Below are positions 8,241 through 17,001 of a stretch of DNA of 55,514 bases, in pieces; position 1 is the stretch's first letter; each line of letters begins with the position of its first letter. The stretch spans positions 1 to 55,514 of IMG/VR virus record IMGVR_UViG_3300046724_000534. One strand, 5' to 3'. The stretch comes from a virus (Duplodnaviria; Caudoviricetes). The notes beneath the pieces are model-generated. The model searched no databases. It was not told where the DNA came from and saw only the letters and a list, made by a program, of their open reading frames with translations. Position numbers and translations under genes: made by a program.

Positions 8241-10481
8241 CTAATATGCGAAGCAGCTAATCGCCAGAACGTCGCTATCCACCCAGGCGTGAGTCCCCAC
8301 AACGTCGGTATAATTTTGAAATGTAGCCGAGGCCGTTGTCGATGCGGTTTGCAGGGTCGCGGCAACCAGGGTACTTTTAGTCGTAATGTCGGTGGCGTAG
8401 CAGTTCCAGCCTGTTTTTGCCGCCGGTAAAGCAACTACACCAGTCCCGGTATTCGATGTCCCTACACCCAATCTAAAAGCGGTAGGCCCATTGGGATTCG
8501 CGCTCACGGCTGCGCCTGTTCCGAACCCGCTCGACACCGTAGGCGCCGTAGTTGGTTCTATATTCCCCCACCGACCGTTCATGTAGAAGATCATGCCACC
8601 TGCGCCACTGGCAGCCAGCACACCCGCCGTGCAGTCGGAACAATAAAGTTGAGAACCGTTCCCAGCCGTGGGCAGGGTGGCAAACGTGAAGGAGGAGCTT
8701 AGTTGGATAACAATATCATTAACACCACCACCAGCGGCGTATAAACCAGCCGTACCTAAATTCGTTTCGTTATCTTGATAAATCGTGTGCTCACCAATAG
8801 CATCCGTCCGCACGATGCACGTCGATATCGACATATCAACACACTGATTACCCTCAATACGATTGAAATTAGCTGTTACGTTTCCAAGGCCGTTGTCGAA
8901 GAAAAACCCATGGTCCGTAGCTTTATTATTCGCGTTGATGATGTTATCCTTCACCAAGTTCTGTAAAAAATCACCCATTGCCGGGATCGTAAAGCGAATC
9001 CCATAATTGTCACCACTAGGTGTATCCGCAGTGTTAAACGAGACTTGATTCCCACTTATAATCGCTCCGATACTCGGACCAGCGTTAAGATTAATCGCAC
9101 TGTTTCCACTCAAGCGAGTGAATGAAATTACGTTATTAGTAATTCGTACCGCACCACCACCCGCCTGAATAACGTCAACAGCGTGGCTTGCGTTTGATAT
9201 CTCGTCGTGGTCGAGTTGCAGGATTCCAGTTGATACTACGTCAGCGCCGTGAGTACCACCACCCGAGATATTACTATTTGTGACGATAAGATTTCCCGCA
9301 GGTGAAGTGATCGCAGGGTAGTTATTTGACTGTGAGATGAGTGATTGAGAAATCCACAATCGCTCCGTTGGATTAGAAATCGCAGCGGCTAGACCTACTG
9401 TTTGAATGTTTAAGTTTATGGCCTTGGTAATGATACCTGTACTAACGAGCGCGCTCCCTGTTGAGTCTGAGGAGTCGGTGATACTCACGTTATCTATTAC
9501 GGGTAGGAAGCCACTGGTAACCAACCCGTTAGCACCATAGGTGGCTAGGATACTATCTTTGAAGGTGTTATTCCCACCGCTATCAAGAATGTCGTCGGTA
9601 GCTTGCTGTGAGATGAAAACACCTTCTATAATCGCGTTGAAGGAGTTGCTACTTGTTATAAGACCGCTCCCTGTCTTACCCGTACCTCGATTCCCAATCA
9701 GGTTGATGAAGGAAACGTAGTTACTCGATCCATCGACCGTAAGCTGGTCGATGTTTGCAGTTTTATTAAATGTGCAGATTTGATCTGGCGTAGAGATCAA
9801 ACTAGTTCCTACGAAAGTGAATGTGTTATCACCAAGCACAATCGGCGCACTTTGGTTGATGAAGATACCACCGCAGTTCGTCGTCACAGGACGTGTGATT
9901 GTTACAGCGGTGCTCAGTGTTTGGGGGGAGGTAAAATTGCCCAAACTCACGAGTCCGCCATTAGGCGCAGCCGCTACACACGCGAGCCACTTCGCACCGA
10001 GGTCGGCTCCTGGAAAGGTGCTGCAATCAAGTCCCGCGCCACCTGAACTACCGCCACCACCCCCGCCACCACCCCCACCACTGCCCCCGCGTGCCGAAGG
10101 GAGACCTTGAATAATACTGACGGTAGTGGTGCCGCCGACGAGCGTGGACATGCGCAAGTAAAGGTTGGTGTAGCCGGAAGTGTTGACCTGCCACACGCCC
10201 GTTCCGGTAGTCGATGTGACCGCCGTGGTTGAATTGCTCGGAGTTGCGCTGATGGCTACAACTGTACTGCCACCATCGCCCGAAGCCTCGAACTGGATGG
10301 TATTCCCCGAAGGGTTTGCAGAAATGGTGAAGGTCGCTCCGCCTTGAGTCTGATCGACGGTTACGGAGAGGCATGAAGTTGTGGTGCAAGTGGCGCTTGC
10401 GGCTGACAGCGCTTTTTTTTGTTGTGCTCGAACCAAATTCGGCACGAGCAGAAACAGCAGAATGAGAGCAATGCGCTTCAT
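8241..10481 (-). CDS. Tailspike-like protein: signal peptide, beta-sandwich head, poly-Gly linker, right-handed beta-helix body
   Basis: AAGGAGG SD before ATG 10481; MKRIALILLFLLVPNLVRA/QQ; GGSGGGGGGGGGGSSGG; pectin-lyase-like I..N.I periodicity. Confidence 0.75.
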   Translation of the reverse strand: MKRIALILLFLLVPNLVRAQQKKALSAASATCTTTSCLSVTVDQTQGGATFTISANPSGNTIQFEASGDGGSTVVAISATPSNSTTAVTSTTGTGVWQVNTSGYTNLYLRMSTLVGGTTTVSIIQGLPSARGGSGGGGGGGGGGSSGGAGLDCSTFPGADLGAKWLACVAAAPNGGLVSLGNFTSPQTLSTAVTITRPVTTNCGGIFINQSAPIVLGDNTFTFVGTSLISTPDQICTFNKTANIDQLTVDGSSNYVSFINLIGNRGTGKTGSGLITSSNSFNAIIEGVFISQQATDDILDSGGNNTFKDSILATYGANGLVTSGFLPVIDNVSITDSSDSTGSALVSTGIITKAINLNIQTVGLAAAISNPTERLWISQSLISQSNNYPAITSPAGNLIVTNSNISGGGTHGADVVSTGILQLDHDEISNASHAVDVIQAGGGAVRITNNVISFTRLSGNSAINLNAGPSIGAIISGNQVSFNTADTPSGDNYGIRFTIPAMGDFLQNLVKDNIINANNKATDHGFFFDNGLGNVTANFNRIEGNQCVDMSISTCIVRTDAIGEHTIYQDNETNLGTAGLYAAGGGVNDIVIQLSSSFTFATLPTAGNGSQLYCSDCTAGVLAASGAGGMIFYMNGRWGNIEPTTAPTVSSGFGTGAAVSANPNGPTAFRLGVGTSNTGTGVVALPAAKTGWNCYATDITTKSTLVAATLQTASTTASATFQNYTDVVGTHAWVDSDVLAISCFAY

Positions 10482-10497
10482 ATAGTCGGACACCTCC

Positions 10498-11808
10498 TTA
10501 GCGTCCCACACAGATATAGCGAAGATGGTCGGTATTCGCTCCACCTGTCTCAGATATGGTTACCGATGCCGCCAAGTAACTTGTAAACGAGACAACTCCC
10601 GCCGCCGTGGTCAGGTCCGACCCGGTGCAAGAATACAGCGCATCGGTAAACGGCAGTGTGGTAATCGACTGCGTGGTGGCGGTATTCAGCGTGACATCCC
10701 CAAATACCACAATCGGAGTCGTTTGCACCGTCTTCGTACACGCCTGAGTTGCTCCCGAGGTCGCCCCGCAGTATTCCGTCACTCCAACCGTAGGAATCGA
10801 AACCGCTACTGCTCCCGAGGAGCCGGTGTGCGTTACAGTCAGGGTGGTGGTCGGATTCGTGCCTGTTCCCAGGACGTTTTGCAGCAACCAGGTATCCGCC
10901 GCCGATGCCGCGCCGTTCCAGTAATTGCCAATCAGCTTAAAATTGCCGGAATTGAAGTTCGCTATGTTGGTCGCCGCAGATGTTTGCATGGCAAGAACGT
11001 CGGTGGAAGCCGTAATGTCGGAAGCCGAAGCCACTTCCCCTAGATTGGCCATTCCCGCAAAGGTGAAACTTCCAGCGCCCGAGCCTGTATGCGTGATAGT
11101 CAAAGTTGTGGCTGGATTTGTTCCCGCCTGCACGAGATTCTGAAACGTGTAGTCGTCATTCGCGCTTGCCGCACCATTCCAGTACGATCCGCGAAACAGA
11201 GCGATCGGTGAATGCTGGTTCAGGATATTTGTTGCCGCAGTCGGATTGACCAGATTGAAGACATTGCCAGCCGCGGCGTTTTTGAGCGTTAAAAGAGAGT
11301 TTGCCGAAGACCAAACATTATTCGAATCGCAGGTCAGGATGTTGTTCGTGCCGTTTTGGTAAGCTACGCCGCCCGCGGTGGTGCAACTAATCACGCTTCC
11401 CGCATGGCTTCCCGGCAGAAGAACGGAATAGGAGCTGATCTCGGTTGATTCGTTGACCGAAGCGCCAGTAACGCTGGTGATCGTGCCGGTGATGAAAGAA
11501 GTGATCCCGTCCTGCCAGGTGATATGCCATTGATACGAGCATCCTGCCGGCAGAATCGAGTTCACATCGTAAACAACTTGCGTAAACGTGCCATTCCCAT
11601 CGAATCCGGTAATCGTAAACGTGCGCGGCACCGTGAAGCCGTTGAACGTCGGTTGCTGGTTCCCCGGACAAACGAGTGCCGCATAACCCGTGGAAAAGTT
11701 GTAGGCCGTTCCTACCGGATCGGTCACAGTCGCCGTCACGGTGGTCTGCTGCGCGCGCGCGAGGGCCGGAACGAGCAACAGTGCCGCGAGTAGAAGAAAT
11801 CGTCTCAT
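10498..11808 (-). CDS. Tail-fibre/appendage-like protein with signal peptide and internal duplication
   Basis: ATG 11808 overlaps upstream TAA; MRRFLLLAALLLVPALARA/QQ; two copies of YWNGAASA.D...QN...GTNP.TTLT.THTGS. Confidence 0.7.
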   Translation of the reverse strand: MRRFLLLAALLLVPALARAQQTTVTATVTDPVGTAYNFSTGYAALVCPGNQQPTFNGFTVPRTFTITGFDGNGTFTQVVYDVNSILPAGCSYQWHITWQDGITSFITGTITSVTGASVNESTEISSYSVLLPGSHAGSVISCTTAGGVAYQNGTNNILTCDSNNVWSSANSLLTLKNAAAGNVFNLVNPTAATNILNQHSPIALFRGSYWNGAASANDDYTFQNLVQAGTNPATTLTITHTGSGAGSFTFAGMANLGEVASASDITASTDVLAMQTSAATNIANFNSGNFKLIGNYWNGAASAADTWLLQNVLGTGTNPTTTLTVTHTGSSGAVAVSIPTVGVTEYCGATSGATQACTKTVQTTPIVVFGDVTLNTATTQSITTLPFTDALYSCTGSDLTTAAGVVSFTSYLAASVTISETGGANTDHLRYICVGR

Positions 11809-11939
11809 TAAGACCTCTTGGAAGATCGTTTCCCGTGTTTGCGCTTGCCGCCCTTTTTGGAGAATCGGGCCATCATGTGCTCTTTCGCTTCTTCCTTCGA
11901 CTCGTTCTGTGATCCGGCTATCTTCTTCGATGCGAACAT
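11808..11939 (-). CDS. 43-aa basic protein (not in ORF track)
   Basis: MFASKKIAGSQNESKEEAKEHMMARFSKKGGKRKHGKRSSKRS; TAATG-coupled at both ends. Confidence 0.7.
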   Translation of the reverse strand: MFASKKIAGSQNESKEEAKEHMMARFSKKGGKRKHGKRSSKRS

Positions 11940-12220
11940 TATTTCCTCCTCGATCGTTTCGGCACGACTCTTTCACCACGATGTAATTTATAAACTCCTG
12001 TTTTCTTCACCCGACCGCCCCGCTTGAACGATCCCTGCACCGTGTTGACGTTCCGCTGCCGGTAGGCGTCTTCACCAAGTCCCGCAAGGTCGCTCTTGCC
12101 GCGGGATTCTTCCTCACCCTGGCGGGCAATGAACTTTCGGCGCGCGTCCGGGTCACTCATTCCCGCGGCTACCTGCCCGCGTGTCTTCGACATCGCTGCG
12201 CGTTCTGTTTCGTCGGGCAT
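11939..12220 (-). CDS. Small basic virion-associated protein
   Basis: GGAG SD; GSFKRGGRVKKTGVYKLHRGERVVP motif; ends KRSRRK. Confidence 0.7.
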   Translation of the reverse strand: MPDETERAAMSKTRGQVAAGMSDPDARRKFIARQGEEESRGKSDLAGLGEDAYRQRNVNTVQGSFKRGGRVKKTGVYKLHRGERVVPKRSRRK

Positions 12221-12221
12221 G

Positions 12222-12374
12222 TTATCTCCGCTTCGATGGTCGAGTATGATGCACGCGATGACGTTTGCCGGCCACCACTGCATACTTCAGATTCGGTGCT
12301 TCGATGCCGTGAATGTGCCGAAAAGCGTTCCACTTGCGATACGATTCCTTGTCCTTGAAGTGCTCGGTCGGCAT
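12222..12374 (-). CDS. 50-aa basic protein (not in ORF track)
   Basis: AGGAG SD; MPTEHFKDKESYRKWNAFRHIHGIEAPNLKYAVVAGKRHRVHHTRPSKRR. Confidence 0.65.
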   Translation of the reverse strand: MPTEHFKDKESYRKWNAFRHIHGIEAPNLKYAVVAGKRHRVHHTRPSKRR

Positions 12375-12378
12375 ATAC

Positions 12379-12409
12379 TTGACTCCTGATGCCCAACTTG
12401 TGATACAGT
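12379..12409 (+). promoter_or_regulatory. Sigma70-type promoter for the antisense membrane-protein gene
   Basis: TTGACT (12379-12384) and extended -10 TGaTACAGT (12401-12409); ATG 6 nt downstream. Confidence 0.5.
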
Positions 12410-12415
12410 CAAACC

Positions 12416-12586
12416 ATGAGCCTAATTGCTTTTGTGATCGGACTCTTTATTGCCATCACCCTGCTGCCTGTTTTGGCTTACGGGTTACTGTTTCTCTGCT
12501 GCTACGCCGCCTATGTGTTCGTTTTGATCTGCGATTTCATCGTTTCACTTAATCCCAAGAATCAATTTCACAAAAGCAGGGTTTGA
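12416..12586 (+). CDS. 56-aa membrane protein, antisense moron (superinfection-exclusion candidate; not in ORF track)
   Basis: MSLIAFVIGLFIAITLLPVLAYGLLFLCCYAAYVFVLICDFIVSLNPKNQFHKSRV. Confidence 0.6.
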   Translation: MSLIAFVIGLFIAITLLPVLAYGLLFLCCYAAYVFVLICDFIVSLNPKNQFHKSRV

Positions 12587-14650
12587 ATACAGCGCACTTA
12601 TGGCCCGATAAAATGGCAAACTCGCTAGTTGCCACTTATTTTGCGTTTGTCTAGTTGCCATATTCTCTTGAAATGAGCGTAGTTGCTTTTTTTTCCACTC
12701 CTCCGGGCTGAATGGAGTCGTTGGCTGAACCGCAGGATAAGCAGATTCCGTTGGAAATGGTTCCGAAGTCCGAACCGCTGGATAGCTAGATTGTGTTGGC
12801 AACGGTTGTAACTCCGGTGGGGCTGGTGGCGTTTTGCGCGTCGGCTCCACGAGTTCATCCACTATTTTCGCGCCCGCCGCGCGCAACGCACGAACTTTAC
12901 CGGCAATTTCGGTGTCGCCACCGAATCCGCGGTACTTGTGCAGGACATCAATAAGGTTCTGCCCTTCTTTGCCGGCAATGATCGAAAGTCGGTCTTCCGG
13001 GTTGGTCGCATTCATCAACCTGTAGGCCGGAGAATCTTTGTCTAAAAACCGCTGCGCGTATTCGCTGTAGTCGAACTGGATTTGCTTCCATGCAGCGCCA
13101 GCATTTTTGCTGTCAGCAAAGGTTTGCAGCTCCGTGTCAATGGCTTCCTTAACGCTCTTTAGCGCGCGATACACATCTTGCGGAAGTTGTGATCCGCGAA
13201 GTTTCGCGTTGAGTTCCTGAGCGTATCCCCAAGCGTCTTTATGGGCCAGTTTTATATTCTGGCCGGGAAGCATCTCGATCGGTTCCTGCCCTGGCATAGC
13301 GGTTCTGGCTATGTCTGCCTCGCTAATTCCTTGCGCTGCCAGATTAGCAAGAATCTGCTTGCGCATGTTCGGATTAGCTTTTTGCAGGATCTCTTTCATG
13401 TTCTGCGTTGCTTCGGTGGCCTGCGTGGTCTTGAAGACAGAAGCATCGTCCAGTTGCGGCGATTCCTTCATAATGTTGCGGAACAGCGCGAGGCTATCCG
13501 GAGAGCCTTGCAGGATATTGTCCTCGGCGTTTTTGACGGCTTGCTGTACCGGAGTCCAATCGACCTGCGGATCTGCTCCAAGCGTTCCCCGGAAGGCGTC
13601 ATACCGTTTGTTGAAGGCAGTTTTCAGGTTGTCTCGTGTTTTTCCGGCAATCTCTCCGACCTTATCCGACCAGGCTTGTAACCGTTGCTTGGTTGCTCCG
13701 GCCGCTTCGCTCGTCGCTGATGGACGTGAACCCTTTTCTTGAGAGGTCAACGCTTGCGCGGAGCGGGCTCGCTCGAATTTCTGCATGTCGCGCTTATATT
13801 GTGCTTCCATGAGAAGTTTCTGCTTTTCGTAATCGGCTGCGGTCTGCGCGTTTGCTTCCTCAATCTTTCGTACCGCTTCCTCACTGGTTTGACGGGCACG
13901 CGATACATCCTGAATGTTTTTAGTTGTGATTTCATGGTTCTTTTCGGCGGCTTGGCGGGTCGCTTCCTCGCTCGCTTGGCGGGCGCTACTAATGGCCACC
14001 GCGTTTTCTTGTTGGTTTGTAGCTACTTCCGCCCCATGTTTTTGAGATGCGAATTGTTCCGCCACCCGGCCAATTCCGAGCGGTGCCTGCGCACCTTTGC
14101 GCACGATTCTCCCTTCTACTTCCAGGGTCTTTTTAGCAGCAGGTTCACCCGCGCGCATAAGTGCTAACTGCCCGAGGGAAGATGCCACCTGGGTCAGCCC
14201 TTGATAAAGACCATAGCGGTCGCCCGTGCGGTAGGAGTCATAGGCTTTCTTGCTGCCTTCCTCGATCGCCGTAGCCGTGGCGTCGATGCCTTTGGCAAAT
14301 AGATGTGCAGGAGCCAGAGGACCGGCCTTGGCGAGCGATTCAAACATCTGCTCACCCATCACGTCGGTTGTCTGTCCAGCGCCGGATTTCAATGCGTCCA
14401 CCGTGCTTTTGGCGCTCTCGACTTTTTCAGGATCAATGCCGAACGACTGGAGAATGGTTGACGGGATCGCACGAATCGGATGCTGCTGCTGGAAAGCATT
14501 GAGAATCGGGCCGCCGGGTTTTGTCTGCATCGAGCCAGGCATCATCTGCGGCGTCTGCGGCGGAGCAGGCACCCATTGGTTATTCCGCAGAACAATCTTT
14601 TGCCCTTTATCGTTCTGTAGAACGTCGCCTTCTTTGTATGTTTTTGGCAT
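12545..14650 (-). CDS. Large internal virion / DNA ejection protein
   Basis: 701-aa Ala/Gln/Lys-rich helical protein, last of four genes after the nozzle, as in P22-like gene order. Confidence 0.6.
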   Translation of the reverse strand: MPKTYKEGDVLQNDKGQKIVLRNNQWVPAPPQTPQMMPGSMQTKPGGPILNAFQQQHPIRAIPSTILQSFGIDPEKVESAKSTVDALKSGAGQTTDVMGEQMFESLAKAGPLAPAHLFAKGIDATATAIEEGSKKAYDSYRTGDRYGLYQGLTQVASSLGQLALMRAGEPAAKKTLEVEGRIVRKGAQAPLGIGRVAEQFASQKHGAEVATNQQENAVAISSARQASEEATRQAAEKNHEITTKNIQDVSRARQTSEEAVRKIEEANAQTAADYEKQKLLMEAQYKRDMQKFERARSAQALTSQEKGSRPSATSEAAGATKQRLQAWSDKVGEIAGKTRDNLKTAFNKRYDAFRGTLGADPQVDWTPVQQAVKNAEDNILQGSPDSLALFRNIMKESPQLDDASVFKTTQATEATQNMKEILQKANPNMRKQILANLAAQGISEADIARTAMPGQEPIEMLPGQNIKLAHKDAWGYAQELNAKLRGSQLPQDVYRALKSVKEAIDTELQTFADSKNAGAAWKQIQFDYSEYAQRFLDKDSPAYRLMNATNPEDRLSIIAGKEGQNLIDVLHKYRGFGGDTEIAGKVRALRAAGAKIVDELVEPTRKTPPAPPELQPLPTQSSYPAVRTSEPFPTESAYPAVQPTTPFSPEEWKKKQLRSFQENMATRQTQNKWQLASLPFYRAISALYSNPAFVKLILGIK

Positions 14651-14659
14651 CTACTGTAC

Positions 14660-15565
14660 TCAGTAAAATCCTTCCGGTGGCTGGGGCGCTTCTCTTTGTA
14701 CTCCCTGCTTAATGCTCTTGAGAATGTCTGTATATTCTTGCGCAGTGTAAGCGACAGAGGAATACGGCGCACGCCCCATTGTCCCGATAAACGGATAGCT
14801 GGGAACCCTTCCCCGGCCCATTAAATCCTGCTTGTAAGAGGTACCGCCAAAAACTCGATCCGCAGCGTCGGCAAGCCTTCGACTATCTTCCGCCGTTGGT
14901 TTCTCCGGCACCTTGGAGGAAAGCAAGTTTTGAATATCGGGAGGGATTGGCTTCGGTGGCTTGCTTGCCGCCAACCAATTTTCATAGGTTCTTTGTTCTG
15001 GTGGAACAGTCTGCGCCCACAACAAGAACGGGTTCAGTTGTCCGCCACCTGAACTCTGAATTGGGAACTTGGTATTTACCGGCGCCTGCTTCCACTGTTG
15101 CCCGTTTTTATCGAAATACCACAGTCTTCCGTGCTGATCGACACGTTCGCCTTCAATACCGATCGTCGGTTTCTCAGGTGCGCGGGATAGTTTGTACCAG
15201 TCCTCGAGCGGTGCGTTCGGGTTTTGCGCGCGCCATGCCTCGAACGGCGTCGTAATCTTCGCGGGTGCTTGCGGCCCTGGACCCTTGAGCGGCTGTAAAT
15301 CGTATTTCCCGGTCTGTGGGTTCCAGGTCACGCCCGAAAGTTCTCCCAGCGGTCCTTTTTCGATGCCCGCACCTTGCGCGCTTTTCATCTGCCGGATGCG
15401 CTCTTGCAAGTCCTGCACTTGCAGCGGTCCCATGATGTCGGCGAGTTTCTGGCGCGCGTTCTCCATCGCCATTTGTTGCAGGCGTTCTTTCCAGCCGAGG
15501 TTGATGTCGTACCCTCGACCGACATCGCTGCCGAAATTACCTAATCCTCTGCCAAGCCAGCCCAT
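14660..15565 (-). CDS. Internal virion / ejection protein
   Basis: Gly-rich amphipathic N-terminus, Gln/Pro-rich, positional. Confidence 0.55.
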   Translation of the reverse strand: MGWLGRGLGNFGSDVGRGYDINLGWKERLQQMAMENARQKLADIMGPLQVQDLQERIRQMKSAQGAGIEKGPLGELSGVTWNPQTGKYDLQPLKGPGPQAPAKITTPFEAWRAQNPNAPLEDWYKLSRAPEKPTIGIEGERVDQHGRLWYFDKNGQQWKQAPVNTKFPIQSSGGGQLNPFLLWAQTVPPEQRTYENWLAASKPPKPIPPDIQNLLSSKVPEKPTAEDSRRLADAADRVFGGTSYKQDLMGRGRVPSYPFIGTMGRAPYSSVAYTAQEYTDILKSIKQGVQREAPQPPEGFY

Positions 15566-15566
15566 A

Positions 15567-16223
15567 TCAGTACCCCACGTCCGGAGGTGTCATTTCCGGC
15601 GGTATGTTCTCCTGAAGCGGATTCATTCCCAGCCAATCAATCGGTAGATTCGGTTGCGGCATTGCTCCGCCCGTCGGAATTGGATACGGCATCGTCGGAT
15701 AACTGCCCGCTGCACCGCCCGTCGGAGACTTACCGGGCGTAGAAGTCTTCGGGAAATTACCAGCCCCTTGAAAAAGCATAGCGATCAAAGGAGCCAGTTG
15801 CGCGTTCTGCGGAATGGTCGAAGCAAACTCCGCCGGCAAGCCTAGTTTGCGCATAACCAGTTGCAGGGCAGTCTGCTGGTTCTGCTGCTCCGGTAGCGCC
15901 AAGGCTTGTGCGAGTGTGGTTGCCTGAATCCCCGGTGCCTGCGAAAGTCCCTGCTCGGCGAGATTCGCGTTCACGTTACCAGTAATTGCTTGCACCAATC
16001 CGCGATTCAGTGGTTGCGTGGCCTTTGTGACCATCTCGGAAAGCTGTTGCGGCGTTAGGTTGGCGTTGGCTTGCGCTTCCTTTGCAGCGATGGAGCGCTG
16101 GTGATCCGCCGCAAGGTTGCCGACGAGTCCCGCGCCGGTCGCGCCGAGCCCCGCCACTTCGCCGAGCCCCTTCCCTGCCGGACTGCCGAAGAATGATCCG
16201 ATGTTTCCAAGCATTTCACTCAT
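15567..16223 (-). CDS. Internal virion / pilot protein
   Basis: Gly/Ala-rich N-terminus then Gln-rich helices; positional. Confidence 0.55.
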   Translation of the reverse strand: MSEMLGNIGSFFGSPAGKGLGEVAGLGATGAGLVGNLAADHQRSIAAKEAQANANLTPQQLSEMVTKATQPLNRGLVQAITGNVNANLAEQGLSQAPGIQATTLAQALALPEQQNQQTALQLVMRKLGLPAEFASTIPQNAQLAPLIAMLFQGAGNFPKTSTPGKSPTGGAAGSYPTMPYPIPTGGAMPQPNLPIDWLGMNPLQENIPPEMTPPDVGY

Positions 16224-16231
16224 TTTTTCAC

Positions 16232-16621
16232 CTATACATTATTGATGAAGTCGCTCAAGTTCACGTTTCCGGTGGCCGCGTTGGTCGGTTGCGAATTGGC
16301 CGGCTTAAACACCGTAGCGTTCGCGCCCGCCTGCGATCCTGGTTGACCGAGTGTTCCTGCGTTCAGTTGATCGGTAATCAGCCGGTAAAAATCTCCCGCC
16401 GTACCCGAAGTTTGCCCTTGCGTGTTCGCATCGGCGGTTCCAATCAGCGCTCTTTGCCGCGCGAGTGTCTGCAAATCCGGTGGCGTCGGTGCGGGTGCCC
16501 CTGGCGCCGTTGGTGCCGCGGGGCCACCGCGGTTCGCAATCGCTTCTCCGATTGAAGTCCCGGCTCCCGCAATTCCCGCAATAGACGCAATCGTGGGCAG
16601 CAACGCTATAAGGGGTGGCAT
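16232..16621 (-). CDS. Small internal virion / pilot protein
   Basis: Hydrophobic IASIAGIAGAGTSIG N-terminus, Pro-rich linker; positional. Confidence 0.55.
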   Translation of the reverse strand: MPPLIALLPTIASIAGIAGAGTSIGEAIANRGGPAAPTAPGAPAPTPPDLQTLARQRALIGTADANTQGQTSGTAGDFYRLITDQLNAGTLGQPGSQAGANATVFKPANSQPTNAATGNVNLSDFINNV

Positions 16622-17001
16622 CGTTGTTTCCTTTCGAGTGATCCCACCAGAATCACTTGTGGCGTCTGTAATTGAAGGCCGCCGTATTTTCTACAGGCTC
16701 GCAATAATTTTTGATCCACCGTCGGGTCCAAGTGAAAGAAATAGCCCTTAAAACCCCTTGCCGAGCAATCCTGCCGTGTCTTTTCAATCAAGGCGCGAAC
16801 CACCATGGGACTCGACCCTTTTTTCACGCACAGACGCATGAGATAAATCAATCCGTGGCATGATCCAGCGAGCAAGATTCCTATGATTTGCCCATCCTTT
16901 TCGGCTACCCATGCCCATTGCCGGTCAACCTGCATCGCCTCAAAGCCAGTCCGGAGATGCTGCGGCATCGGTTCATCGTCTCGCAATGTACGCACAATCA
17001 T
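16606..17001 (-). CDS. GNAT-fold acetyltransferase-like protein
   Basis: MIVRTL...WVAEKDGQIIGILL...LI......RGF; ATG 17001 overlaps nozzle stop; GNAT-like genes often follow podovirus nozzle genes. Confidence 0.6.
   Translation of the reverse strand: MIVRTLRDDEPMPQHLRTGFEAMQVDRQWAWVAEKDGQIIGILLAGSCHGLIYLMRLCVKKGSSPMVVRALIEKTRQDCSARGFKGYFFHLDPTVDQKLLRACRKYGGLQLQTPQVILVGSLERKQRCHPL

Noticed and set aside
12545-14650. Tape measure protein
   Set aside because: No tail tube, terminator or tail-chaperone genes; adaptor-nozzle-GNAT-pilot order fits podovirus ejection proteins.
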